A stretch of 60,035 bases of DNA from Promethearchaeati archaeon (GCA_013166835.1 JABLTI010000004.1:1-60035), one strand, 5' to 3'; shown: positions 9,942-19,272, counted from the first letter of the stretch. Notes: a model not told the origin generated them from the sequence alone. Translations and numbers: made by a program.

Positions 9942-9967
9942 GTTTTTTGAGTCTCCGTTTAATAATT
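9856..9967 (-). repeat. right arm of long inverted repeat
   Basis: Reverse complement of 7787-7898. Confidence 0.95.
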
Positions 9968-10039
9968 ATAAGGAAAAGGACTATATTAGAATCTGAAAAG
10001 TGAAAAAAAGAAAATTAGGTTGATTTTGTCGTTAGAAAA

Positions 10040-10768
10040 TTACTCTGCTTCTTTTTCTATTCGTTCCGACTTGTCACCAAACTTCCGTTCTTCTTTTGCA
10101 AGTAATCGTTTGATATTATCTCGATGTCTGAATAAAATGAAAATTCCTGCTAGCAATCCACCAACCATTAAGGGTATACTTGTTATTATATCCAATCCCA
10201 TTATGTAACGTGTCTCCAGTAATATGAAGATTGGCAATGTTGGAGTGGTGACTATATTTGCTAAGGATGTGTATCTTGTTGTAAACACTACTGTAAACCA
10301 CACGATTGCTAATCCTGCAGCAGTTACTGGGACAAAACAAATGAATACTCCAGCAGTTGTAGCCATACCTTTACCACCTTTGAAACCTAACCACACTGGA
10401 TAGTTGTGTCCTAGCACAGACATTATTCCTGCTAATACTACCATTGCTTGAGGTAGAGGTTCTGTAAATCCTAACGTGTACACAAATCTTGGTCCTGCAG
10501 GCGGATTAATTACTACTAATCCCACTATTAATCTTGCAGCCCAAGCAACAACTCCTCCTTTTAGGACAATATCTCCGATAATCGTTAGTATTGCAGCTCG
10601 TTTGCCTAGTAAGCGATAAGCGTTCGAAAATCCAGTATTTCCACTCCCATGATCCCTAATATCTATCCCTTTCGTTATCTTTCCTAAAACCCATCCTGTT
10701 GGAAAGCTTCCAACTAAGTAACTACCTACAACTAGCAACACATATGTTGCCCAATCTGGAAATGCCAT
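10040..10768 (-). CDS. plsY: acyl-phosphate:glycerol-3-phosphate acyltransferase PlsY
   Basis: YLVGSFP, DIRDHGSGNTGFSNAYR, GHNYPVWLGFKGGKG, YTSLA and RHRDNIKRL, covering all PlsY motifs. Confidence 0.93.
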   Translation of the reverse strand: MAFPDWATYVLLVVGSYLVGSFPTGWVLGKITKGIDIRDHGSGNTGFSNAYRLLGKRAAILTIIGDIVLKGGVVAWAARLIVGLVVINPPAGPRFVYTLGFTEPLPQAMVVLAGIMSVLGHNYPVWLGFKGGKGMATTAGVFICFVPVTAAGLAIVWFTVVFTTRYTSLANIVTTPTLPIFILLETRYIMGLDIITSIPLMVGGLLAGIFILFRHRDNIKRLLAKEERKFGDKSERIEKEAE

Positions 10769-10835
10769 TTTTATTACTACTTCCTGTTTTCATCTACTTT
10801 TGTATTGTTTCTTAAAAGAGTTCTTATTATACGCA

Positions 10836-11684
10836 CTACTTTTTCATATAAGTGAAGAATAGTGATCCTGGACCTAAATGTGCTCCTACTACTGGTCCTA
10901 CTAATCCAGTATATTGCGGTTTGCACCCGAATGTTTCTTCTAATCGAATTTTGAACTGATTCGTTACATCTGGCATGTCACCATGTGTGAGAGCAACTAA
11001 TGATGTCGCATCTAACCCTTCCACTTTCATTTGTTCGATTATCCAATCCATTGCTCCCTCTCGACCTGGCACTGTTGCTAAACTATCTGTTTCTCCTTCA
11101 GTTACAGTTAATATTGGTACTCTTCCTAGTAATTGTCCAACTAATCCCCTTGCTCTCCCGATTCTTCCTCCCCTCACCAAGTATCTCAATGTGCTTGGGA
11201 ACCCAAGTACTACTACTTTTTCAATTGCTTCGTCTATGATTGCACAGACTTCATCAATATTCTTCCCTTCATTTACGGCCCAAGCAGCTTTTAATATTAT
11301 AAGTCCAAGTGAAGCTCCAGTTGTCAAGGAATCATACACTCGAATATCCATATGTGGGAGCATGCTTCTCGCTTGTTTTGCTGACTCAATTGTTAAACTC
11401 ATTAAACGAGAAATATGTATGGATATAATTGTCTCAGCTTCGTCTGCAGCATCCTCATATGCTTCAAAAAACAAAGCAGGTGAAGGAGGATTTGTTGATG
11501 GAGTATCCTTCAGTTTTGGCATTTTATCATAAAATTCTTCAGGTGTCAGATCTATTCCTGCAGTAAAGGTCTCATCATCCATATAAACCTTCAATGGAAC
11601 TACAATAATACCTAATGCTTCTATTACCTCATCTGGTAAATCGCAGGTACTATCTGATACAATTTTAACTTTTTTTAGAGACAT
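10836..11684 (-). CDS. fakB: DegV-family fatty-acid binding protein (FakB)
   Basis: IVSDSTCDLP, STNPPSP, YLVRGGRIG, VVGAHLGPG. Confidence 0.92.
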   Translation of the reverse strand: MSLKKVKIVSDSTCDLPDEVIEALGIIVVPLKVYMDDETFTAGIDLTPEEFYDKMPKLKDTPSTNPPSPALFFEAYEDAADEAETIISIHISRLMSLTIESAKQARSMLPHMDIRVYDSLTTGASLGLIILKAAWAVNEGKNIDEVCAIIDEAIEKVVVLGFPSTLRYLVRGGRIGRARGLVGQLLGRVPILTVTEGETDSLATVPGREGAMDWIIEQMKVEGLDATSLVALTHGDMPDVTNQFKIRLEETFGCKPQYTGLVGPVVGAHLGPGSLFFTYMKK

Positions 11685-11799
11685 TTATTATCTTATTCCA
11701 TTAAAGTCTGCAGCTTTAGCACTTATCCTCGAATAAAAGTTTTTAGTTAAAAAAAGGTATTATTTCCACCCAATTTCTTGGGGGAAATTAGATTTTAAA

Positions 11800-12741
11800 T
11801 TAGCTTGCTTCTTCTACGAACAAGAATTCTCTGTGTTGTTTTGTCATATCATCGATTTTAAGTCGAGATATTGCGCCGTGTTGTTTGCATTGCTTTATGA
11901 CTGCTTTTGGATCATTTGTGTGTATGTGAACTCTTATCATATCATCATTCTTTGCTACAACAAGTGATCCGCCCATTTTTCCTAGAAATTCTCTTGCGAA
12001 TTCAGCTGTCACATCTACTGATTCTATGATAAATTCAGTACAGAATTGGAATTCATCATCTTCTTCAGTGTCTTGTACTATTGCTTCAACTTCGACTGCT
12101 TCGCCAACATCATCGATGTCTTCATTCTTGTAGGCTTTTATCCATCCTTCCATTATGTAGACGAATCCTTGACCTCCAGCATCTACTACTCCTGCTTTTT
12201 TGAGCACAGGTAATAGCTCTGGTGTTTTCTCAAGGGTTCCTTGTGCTGCATCAAATGAAGTATCAAGCATTTCGATAAAACTTGAACCATTTTTTGCAGC
12301 CAAATTAGCTGCTTCAGCAGATTTTCTAATAACAGTTAGGATAGTTCCTTCTTGCGGATTAAGTACCGCTTCATATGCTTTTGCTGCTCCATCAACAAAA
12401 GCTTGTGAGAATTCGTTTGGTCCTATGTCCTCAAAATTATTCAAAGAACTGCTAAAACCACCAAAAAACTGTGATAATATAACGCCTGAATTACCGGTTG
12501 CTCCCATAAATGATCCCCGAGCAATTAGTTGAGCTGTTTCTTTTGCAGAGGAAGAATTATTATTTTCTAGTTCTTCAATGATTGCTTCAACTGTTAGATA
12601 CATATTTGCTCCGGTATCACCATCAGCAACTGGAAAAACATTTATTGCATTTAAGTGTCTACGATACTTTTTCAGTAGATTTGCAGAAGCTTGCATCATG
12701 TTATTTAATAATTTACCACTAAATAATTGGAGTGTTGCCAT
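11800..12741 (-). CDS. fakA: DAK2-domain fatty acid kinase subunit A (FakA-like, short form)
   Basis: LNAINVFPVADGDTGANM, GNSGVILSQ, EGTILTV, GVVDAGG, FCTEF, VHIHT. ATG at 12741 follows an AGGAG RBS. Confidence 0.88.
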   Translation of the reverse strand: MATLQLFSGKLLNNMMQASANLLKKYRRHLNAINVFPVADGDTGANMYLTVEAIIEELENNNSSSAKETAQLIARGSFMGATGNSGVILSQFFGGFSSSLNNFEDIGPNEFSQAFVDGAAKAYEAVLNPQEGTILTVIRKSAEAANLAAKNGSSFIEMLDTSFDAAQGTLEKTPELLPVLKKAGVVDAGGQGFVYIMEGWIKAYKNEDIDDVGEAVEVEAIVQDTEEDDEFQFCTEFIIESVDVTAEFAREFLGKMGGSLVVAKNDDMIRVHIHTNDPKAVIKQCKQHGAISRLKIDDMTKQHREFLFVEEAS

Positions 12742-13170
12742 TTTTTTATTTCTCCTGTTAATTTTTAATAAAAGACTGTTTTTAACCAACTACTAAGGAT
12801 TATTTAACTATGTCGAATTTAAACATTTCTTTTACGACTAAAAAATACTACGAAAGCGCACTAATTACCGCGAAATTCGTATACCTATAAGCGAAGTAAG
12901 ACGTAATTACAGCAAATTGGAGCATCAAAGTGCGAATATCGCTAAAAATTATGCGATAAATTTTGTTTTATATCTTCTTTTTTATTAATGAAAAACAATA
13001 ACATATTATTTGTTTACTGAATTTTTAAGACAAATTATGAATAAATGAAACATATTTAGTTTTAATTAAAGATTTGTTTGTGGTTCATTTAGAAAATGAC
13101 TTTGAAAGTGGAGCATATTATGAAAATTTTAACAAATCTTTTGAATTAAATTCATAGATAATGTGTTATT

Positions 13171-14016
13171 ATGAAATTTGGTGCTCATGTCTCTATTGCA
13201 GGATCTATTGAATTATCAATAAAGAGAGCAATGGTTATTGGATGTGATACCTTTCAAATTTTTACTCGTAATCCCAGAAGTTGGATCGCAAAAGAGCTAA
13301 CTGAAGATGTGATATCAAAATTCAGGAATAGTATTTTGGAATCTAATTTGTGGCCTATATACGCTCATATGCCTTATTTACCAAATATTGCTAGTCCTGA
13401 AACAGAAATGTGGAATAAATCAATTTTCCACTTAAAAGAAGAGCTTGTGAGATGCGATTCTCTAAAAATTCCATACATTATAATGCATCTTGGTAGTCTA
13501 AAAGGAGCAAAAAAAGAAAAAGGAATTTCAAACATTATTAAAGCATTAAACAAAGTATTCAAAAATTATAGAGGAAAATGTGTGATACTTCTTGAGAATA
13601 CTACAGGAAAAGATGGCAGCCTTGGTTCAAGCATTGAAGATATTTGTGATATTATTTCTAGGATAAAAAAACAAGAGAAAATAGGTTTTTGCTTAGATAC
13701 TTGTCATGCTTTTGCTTCAGGATATGACCTTAGAAAGTCAGAAGTCATTACTGAAATTCTAAATGGTATTGATGAGTGTGTTGGTTTAAACAAGCTTTTA
13801 TCAATTCACTGTAATGATTCAAAATTTGATTTAGGATCAGGAAGAGATAGACATGAACATATTGGTTTAGGAAGTATTGGAGAAACAGGCTTTAAAGCTC
13901 TTTTGGGGGACAAAAGACTAAGAAAAGTTCCTTTTGTATGTGAAACACCAGTTGATGAAAGACGAGATGATAAAGGAAACATAGAGTATCTCAGACAATT
14001 GCTTAAGAAAATTTAA
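13171..14016 (+). CDS. nfo: endonuclease IV
   Basis: FGAHVSIAG, HMPYLPN, LLENT, CLDTCH, HCNDS, DRHEHIG, ETP. Confidence 0.95.
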   Translation: MKFGAHVSIAGSIELSIKRAMVIGCDTFQIFTRNPRSWIAKELTEDVISKFRNSILESNLWPIYAHMPYLPNIASPETEMWNKSIFHLKEELVRCDSLKIPYIIMHLGSLKGAKKEKGISNIIKALNKVFKNYRGKCVILLENTTGKDGSLGSSIEDICDIISRIKKQEKIGFCLDTCHAFASGYDLRKSEVITEILNGIDECVGLNKLLSIHCNDSKFDLGSGRDRHEHIGLGSIGETGFKALLGDKRLRKVPFVCETPVDERRDDKGNIEYLRQLLKKI

Positions 14017-14032
14017 ACCCATCATTATTAGC

Positions 14033-15175
14033 TTATGCGAAAACATCATATGTACTGGCTTCTCTAGCAATGATTGGCGCCAAATAATCGATTTTCTTAG
14101 TAAATATTGGATTCATGCTTTTCGCTATTGTTACGATAATGCCCATTTTTTCACTATTAAACATAGGTGCAACGGTGCTAATATCACCTTTTGAGACTTC
14201 TTTTCTCATTGCTAATTCCGCTAAAATACTTGCACTTGTTATAATCTCGCTGATTTTGTCATTTACTTTCTGTACAACTGCACTTTCATCAATACCACGT
14301 AGGCTTGCTAAGAGGTTTTTACAGAATTTGCTTTGTTCTCCACCTGTAACCTTACCTTTTATAAGATCAACAATAACTGCATCGTCATATGCTTTTGCTA
14401 TGTTTCTTTTGGTACCGATTAAATCAGCTTCGACAATTTGGTTGGTCCAAAAAACTTTCTTCAAGTCTTTATGTGGAGCAAATATCTCAAGACTAGCTAT
14501 TGCAATTTCCGTCATAACTTCGTCACCAGTAACGACAACAGGTCGACCCATCAGAATTGCCAAAATCGCTTTATCTAAATCTTTCTTTATTACTTTATTT
14601 AGAAATTGCATACTACCCTTTGTTTTTGATTTTGTGATGGTAATTTTTCTTGCTGCATAAAATTCTTCAATTTCCACTTTATATGATTGAACATCTAGAA
14701 GATCATCAATTTTTTGTTTAACTAAATTTGGCATTGATTTTCCAAAAACGTATCTTTCTCTTACTAAATTACTAACTCGTTTGCATTGTGTTGATAAAAA
14801 TGGTGCTAAACGATACATTTGCAGTTGTTCTTTTGCGTCCATTAATATAATCAAAGAGCATGACCTCTGACCACCTCTTAATTTTGGGGCAGGTATCGTA
14901 AAGAAATAAGAAAAAGCAATTTTTTCCTGTTTACTAAAAGGTATTATAGATTCACCACAAAGTTCACTTTTATTATCTGTGTGTAGAGATAAGGAACCAA
15001 TCATTACCTTAACAGCTATTTCGCCTGCAGAATGATCATCCAAATGCTTGTGATAAGCGCTTATTGGTCCTATTGCATCATCAAATGTTGCAAAACACAC
15101 TGAGATTGAATTATTTTGTTGCAATTTATCATTACCACTTTTATTCAATTCAAGAAGTTGTGGATTAAATGTCAT
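14033..15175 (-). CDS. longin/uDENN + DENN-like domain protein
   Basis: N-terminal FATFDDAIGP uDENN/longin pattern, LRGG...LIIL, core LAILMGRPVVVTG. Confidence 0.6.
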   Translation of the reverse strand: MTFNPQLLELNKSGNDKLQQNNSISVCFATFDDAIGPISAYHKHLDDHSAGEIAVKVMIGSLSLHTDNKSELCGESIIPFSKQEKIAFSYFFTIPAPKLRGGQRSCSLIILMDAKEQLQMYRLAPFLSTQCKRVSNLVRERYVFGKSMPNLVKQKIDDLLDVQSYKVEIEEFYAARKITITKSKTKGSMQFLNKVIKKDLDKAILAILMGRPVVVTGDEVMTEIAIASLEIFAPHKDLKKVFWTNQIVEADLIGTKRNIAKAYDDAVIVDLIKGKVTGGEQSKFCKNLLASLRGIDESAVVQKVNDKISEIITSASILAELAMRKEVSKGDISTVAPMFNSEKMGIIVTIAKSMNPIFTKKIDYLAPIIAREASTYDVFA

Positions 15176-15456
15176 TGAACTTCACCCTTATTTTTTGAAT
15201 TGTATAAACATATTATTGAAGTCAAAGACCTACCGGAAAGATGCCTGCCTTTCATTTTTTGACAATATTGACAATTTTCGCAGTTTGAAACAATTATTCC
15301 ATCTTTTGTTAAGGGGCATAGAATTTCATTGTATTTGTTTGATTTTTCCAATGTTTTTTTGGTAATCTCTTTTTTTCTTAATTCAGAAAAATTCTCTATG
15401 TTATGCATCAACTTCTTACATTCCCAAATATGTTTACGATTGATATTACCACTCAC
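15172..15456 (-). CDS. small Cys-rich hypothetical protein
   Basis: CP..CENCQYC..C cluster; 4-nt overlap with the downstream gene. Confidence 0.55.
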   Translation of the reverse strand: MSGNINRKHIWECKKLMHNIENFSELRKKEITKKTLEKSNKYNEILCPLTKDGIIVSNCENCQYCQKMKGRHLSGRSLTSIICLYNSKNKGEVQ

Positions 15457-15520
15457 AAATTATTTGAGATTTGAATTTAAAAACCCAAAGTTTTCACTTA
15501 GGAAAGCATAACTATGTAAC

Positions 15521-16801
15521 CTATTTTTTACTCGCTATGATTTTAAACAGTTTTTCAGTGAATTTCGAATCTGAAAAATGAAGGATTTCAGCTTTTCCCC
15601 AACCGGTGTTTTTTATTGTTTTTTTGATTATATCTACATGATCTTTTTTATTAGTGATAATTAGAGCAAGACCTTCTTTCTTCATTTTAAGAGTTGCAGC
15701 AGCAATCAATGCTTTTAATTCATCTTTTTTCTCTTGTTTAATAGAATAATTTGTTGTGTCATTTGAAATTAGAAAGCAGTTATCATCCCATATGCAACCA
15801 ATAATAGATGGGAAGGAGATTTCAAAGTCAAATTGCCATATTTTCTTTGCCAGTCCAAATTCAATCCAGTTAGCGAATTCAATTTTTCTAATGATTGTTT
15901 TGAACCTTTTTTTTCTACATATACGTCTAATTGTGTCGTTTATAATTAGCTTTTCAACAATAGGAGAAGAAGCAAAAACAGTAAAGGGACCTGTTGGATG
16001 ATGTATTTTTTTCTTGTATATTTTTCCAGTTTTAATTAGTTTCTCCAAGTCAGTTAAGGATATTTTTGATTCATCAATTGCATTTTTATCAAATCCAATT
16101 CTCTCTCTGTCTACTGAATTTTCATATATCCAACCATTATTAACTATGTTCTGATAAAAAGCAAACTGGTATTCGCTTAAAGAATCCTGGGAGAGATTAC
16201 TCGTTTTTTGTTTATTTTCACTACCATCAATTTGGCTTACAATGGAATTGCTTTTTTCTGTAGGCTCATTCACTATTTCTTCATTAATAGCTAAGAAGCT
16301 AGGAGAGAAGTCTTGACCTTCATCAATTAGTAAAGATGTTTCTTGTTGAACAGACTCATTTTGCGAATCATTAGATATTAAATCTATAGCTTCTCTATCA
16401 TTTTGTTCTGTCCATATATCTATTTCGGAAAATAGCTCATCTATATCTTGATTAGTGTCATCTGAAAAAAGATTTGATTGTAATCTGGGTTCATCTTTAC
16501 TTTCTGCAATTAAATCTATAGCATAATTATCTTGATTGCCTTCTTGTAATAAACCACTCTTCTTATTTTTCATCCATGCAAGTATAACAATAAATATTTC
16601 TACAACGAGAAGTAGTAAAACTATGAGAATATTCTGTGAAATCACTTCTATTGGCAGAGCAATAAAAGATAGGGTGCTTGGAATAACATTGAATCCAACT
16701 AGAATATGCATTATAAAAGATAACAATAATAGAATATTAAAAATAAATAACCCTAGTAGAAGGTGTTTACTGGATATTTTCTCAAATTTGAAGAAAGCCA
16801 T
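15521..16801 (-). CDS. hypothetical membrane protein (2 TM, acidic linker, globular C-terminus)
   Basis: Long ORF and hydropathy pattern. Confidence 0.7.
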   Translation of the reverse strand: MAFFKFEKISSKHLLLGLFIFNILLLLSFIMHILVGFNVIPSTLSFIALPIEVISQNILIVLLLLVVEIFIVILAWMKNKKSGLLQEGNQDNYAIDLIAESKDEPRLQSNLFSDDTNQDIDELFSEIDIWTEQNDREAIDLISNDSQNESVQQETSLLIDEGQDFSPSFLAINEEIVNEPTEKSNSIVSQIDGSENKQKTSNLSQDSLSEYQFAFYQNIVNNGWIYENSVDRERIGFDKNAIDESKISLTDLEKLIKTGKIYKKKIHHPTGPFTVFASSPIVEKLIINDTIRRICRKKRFKTIIRKIEFANWIEFGLAKKIWQFDFEISFPSIIGCIWDDNCFLISNDTTNYSIKQEKKDELKALIAAATLKMKKEGLALIITNKKDHVDIIKKTIKNTGWGKAEILHFSDSKFTEKLFKIIASKK

Positions 16802-16839
16802 CTTAGTATACTCACAAATGTTAACAATTACTATTTAAA

Positions 16840-16870
16840 AAAAAGAAATAAAAACCCCAATTATTGGGGT
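16840..16870 (-). terminator. hairpin plus T-tract downstream of rpa
   Basis: ACCCCAA-tta-TTGGGGT (16854-16870), followed on the minus strand by T runs. Confidence 0.55.
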
Positions 16871-16892
16871 GTAAGGTTTTATAGCTGGATTC

Positions 16893-19040
16893 TTAGACTT
16901 TAAGAGAACCTTTGACTAATTCTATTTCAGCTTTTGAATCGGCATCTGAAAAAGTTGAAGCAATAATATCCATACCATCATCAAATTTATTTTTTCGACT
17001 TCGGCCACGAACGATTATTTCTCTTCCTTTTAATCTTTGTTCCAATTTTACAAGGAGTGATTGTATTCCTGTATTCTCAATTTCATCAATTAGATTATCA
17101 GTGGACATATCGAGGAGTTGTTCTGCCAACTCTCTGAAGAAAGTTATTCTAACGCAGCCTGTACCATCGTCTAATGCTAATGACATAAATATTGTTTTTT
17201 GAGGATCTATCTCGCCATGTTCATTACATAGCCATTTATCCTCTTGTTCGTTTACTTTCTTACGACATTCAGGGCAAGAATTGTAATACATCTTTCCTTC
17301 GTAAACCTTTAAGATGGTCCCTCTTACTTCTGAGAATTGACCTTCTTCCAAATCAACCATGTCAACTCGAGTTGCCTTAGAGCTTCTAGGTTCATCCTGT
17401 TCCATAGGTTTAATGTCAGATAAATCCTTAGCTTCAGATTTTTTCAAAATCTTAACTGTTGATAATGAACCAAGATGTATTTCAACCCCTTGATTACCTT
17501 CTTTTGTGTATCCATGTATAACTTCGATGGGGGTCATTTCTTCTAAATTTTCTAACTCTACTGCTTTATCATCCCATGCAACAAGTCTAACAGAACCTGT
17601 TTTATCACCCAAACCGATGTTAAGTACTTTCCCTTCGGACCCATCCTTTTTTGGAAAGGTTCTAATTTCTTGAACTCGCATAACCATTGCTCTAACATTT
17701 ACATCACGATTGTTTGGTTCAAGTGAAGAAAGGTCTATATAATCCAGTTTTATCTCCGGAATTGCATCTTTCAATAACTCGGGATTAATTTCAATAATGG
17801 CATTTCGTCCGACATGAACTTCGGGTTCACCTCTTAATCCTAAGCGAACATAAGCACCTTCAATGCGTATTACGTCACCGATTTCAACTTTTTTGATATA
17901 TTCAGCCATACTATTCCAAAGTGTTATTCGACCTGGACCAGAATTATCTGCAACCATTAAAGATCCTACAATACTGCTTGTACCATCTTTACGTTCAAAT
18001 TCCCTAATACTACTAGTGCCTGTAATTCTACCAATAATAGAAATATTCGACATGTTTTCATTTAGGTCTACCAATCTCACTTCAACGCTAGGTTCAGAGC
18101 TTTTTTTCGCAGTAGAACTAATGAGACTGTCACTTTTCAAGATTTCATCAGGTATTTCTAGCTTAGCTTTCGGTTTCTTACTTATGGTTCCATTTTTACC
18201 AAGATGAACTTCAATTGTATTACTGATTCCTTGGCGTATATAACCACCGATAATTTCAATGATTTCTTCTACTTTGTAGTTTTTCACTGATTCAGCTATA
18301 GTATCCCATAAAGTAATTTTGATTTTACCAGTTTCATCAGCAATTTCTAATGAAGATACTTGTCCTTCCGAACCATCTTTTCTTGTGAAAGTACTGACGG
18401 GTCTAATAGCAGTTATTTTACCAATTAAATCGACATCGACTTCACCCAATAATAACCCAGAAATCTTTTTAGAGTCAAGAAGTGATTTCGGAAAATCCTC
18501 TTTCGCTATATCTTTAGGATCGGTTTCAATTTGAGATCGAGAGCTCAAGTTTATTTCTTTTACTTGATCAAATTTACTCTCTTTTACATAAGCGCCATTT
18601 ATTTTGATTATATCACCAGATGATAATCCATAATCAGTGAATTGTCTTATTTGGTCATCCCATAAAACTAGTCTACAGAAACCTGTCTTATCTAATAAAT
18701 GGGCATTTTGTACTGCACCCTGAGTCCCATCATTTCTGGTAAATGTTTTTGGATCATAGATATGTTTAATCATTGCAGTTATTGTTACATTATTCATACC
18801 ACCCATTAAATCACTAATGGATGTTGGCTGTGGTTTTTGAATTTGTTGTGAATCATAGAGATTGATCTCTAATTCTCTAGCGATTATATGTGCAGCACCC
18901 TCAAGGGTAATTAATCCCCCTAATTCCTTAACTTTCTCATTGATGCGTTTTATTATTTCATCTTTGGAAAGTTCTGTTTCTGAAGTTATTCGTTCAACAA
19001 CTTCATCATATGGCATGTTTAAGGTCATTGATTTCACCAT
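16893..19040 (-). CDS. rpa: replication protein A large subunit (multiple OB folds + Zn finger)
   Basis: Repeated OB units (F.RKDG..G.V...DxTG.....W) and C-terminal CPEC...CNEH. Confidence 0.93.
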   Translation of the reverse strand: MVKSMTLNMPYDEVVERITSETELSKDEIIKRINEKVKELGGLITLEGAAHIIARELEINLYDSQQIQKPQPTSISDLMGGMNNVTITAMIKHIYDPKTFTRNDGTQGAVQNAHLLDKTGFCRLVLWDDQIRQFTDYGLSSGDIIKINGAYVKESKFDQVKEINLSSRSQIETDPKDIAKEDFPKSLLDSKKISGLLLGEVDVDLIGKITAIRPVSTFTRKDGSEGQVSSLEIADETGKIKITLWDTIAESVKNYKVEEIIEIIGGYIRQGISNTIEVHLGKNGTISKKPKAKLEIPDEILKSDSLISSTAKKSSEPSVEVRLVDLNENMSNISIIGRITGTSSIREFERKDGTSSIVGSLMVADNSGPGRITLWNSMAEYIKKVEIGDVIRIEGAYVRLGLRGEPEVHVGRNAIIEINPELLKDAIPEIKLDYIDLSSLEPNNRDVNVRAMVMRVQEIRTFPKKDGSEGKVLNIGLGDKTGSVRLVAWDDKAVELENLEEMTPIEVIHGYTKEGNQGVEIHLGSLSTVKILKKSEAKDLSDIKPMEQDEPRSSKATRVDMVDLEEGQFSEVRGTILKVYEGKMYYNSCPECRKKVNEQEDKWLCNEHGEIDPQKTIFMSLALDDGTGCVRITFFRELAEQLLDMSTDNLIDEIENTGIQSLLVKLEQRLKGREIIVRGRSRKNKFDDGMDIIASTFSDADSKAEIELVKGSLKV

Positions 19041-19255
19041 TTTATTTATTTTATATATCTTATTTTACTATTTAAGGCTCAAAGTTTTTTTAAGCCAATT
19101 TAGAACTTTAATGCAAAATCAATGAAAGAAATGTAATTTTTTTACTCAATCTGATTTCCATATTGAGTTATTTATTGCGTTTGGTTTCGTTTGAGGTTCC
19201 AAGTTAAAGTTCTGAAAATAAGTAGTTCTTTCTTCCTATTTAAACCTCCGTAAAG

Positions 19256-19272
19256 AGATGACCGAAAGTATT
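19256..19272. promoter_or_regulatory. 17-bp motif AGATGACCGAAAGTATT, copy 1
   Basis: Exact second copy at 36231-36247; both copies are intergenic. Confidence 0.55.

Noticed and set aside
9799-9996. 65-aa plus-strand ORF in the track
   Set aside because: It is the antisense shadow of the minus-strand peptide gene, which has an RBS and a paralog.
13091-13110. ATGAC-ttt-GAAAGT upstream of nfo as a third copy of the 17-bp motif
   Set aside because: Spacing differs and the match is short; not distinguishable from chance.
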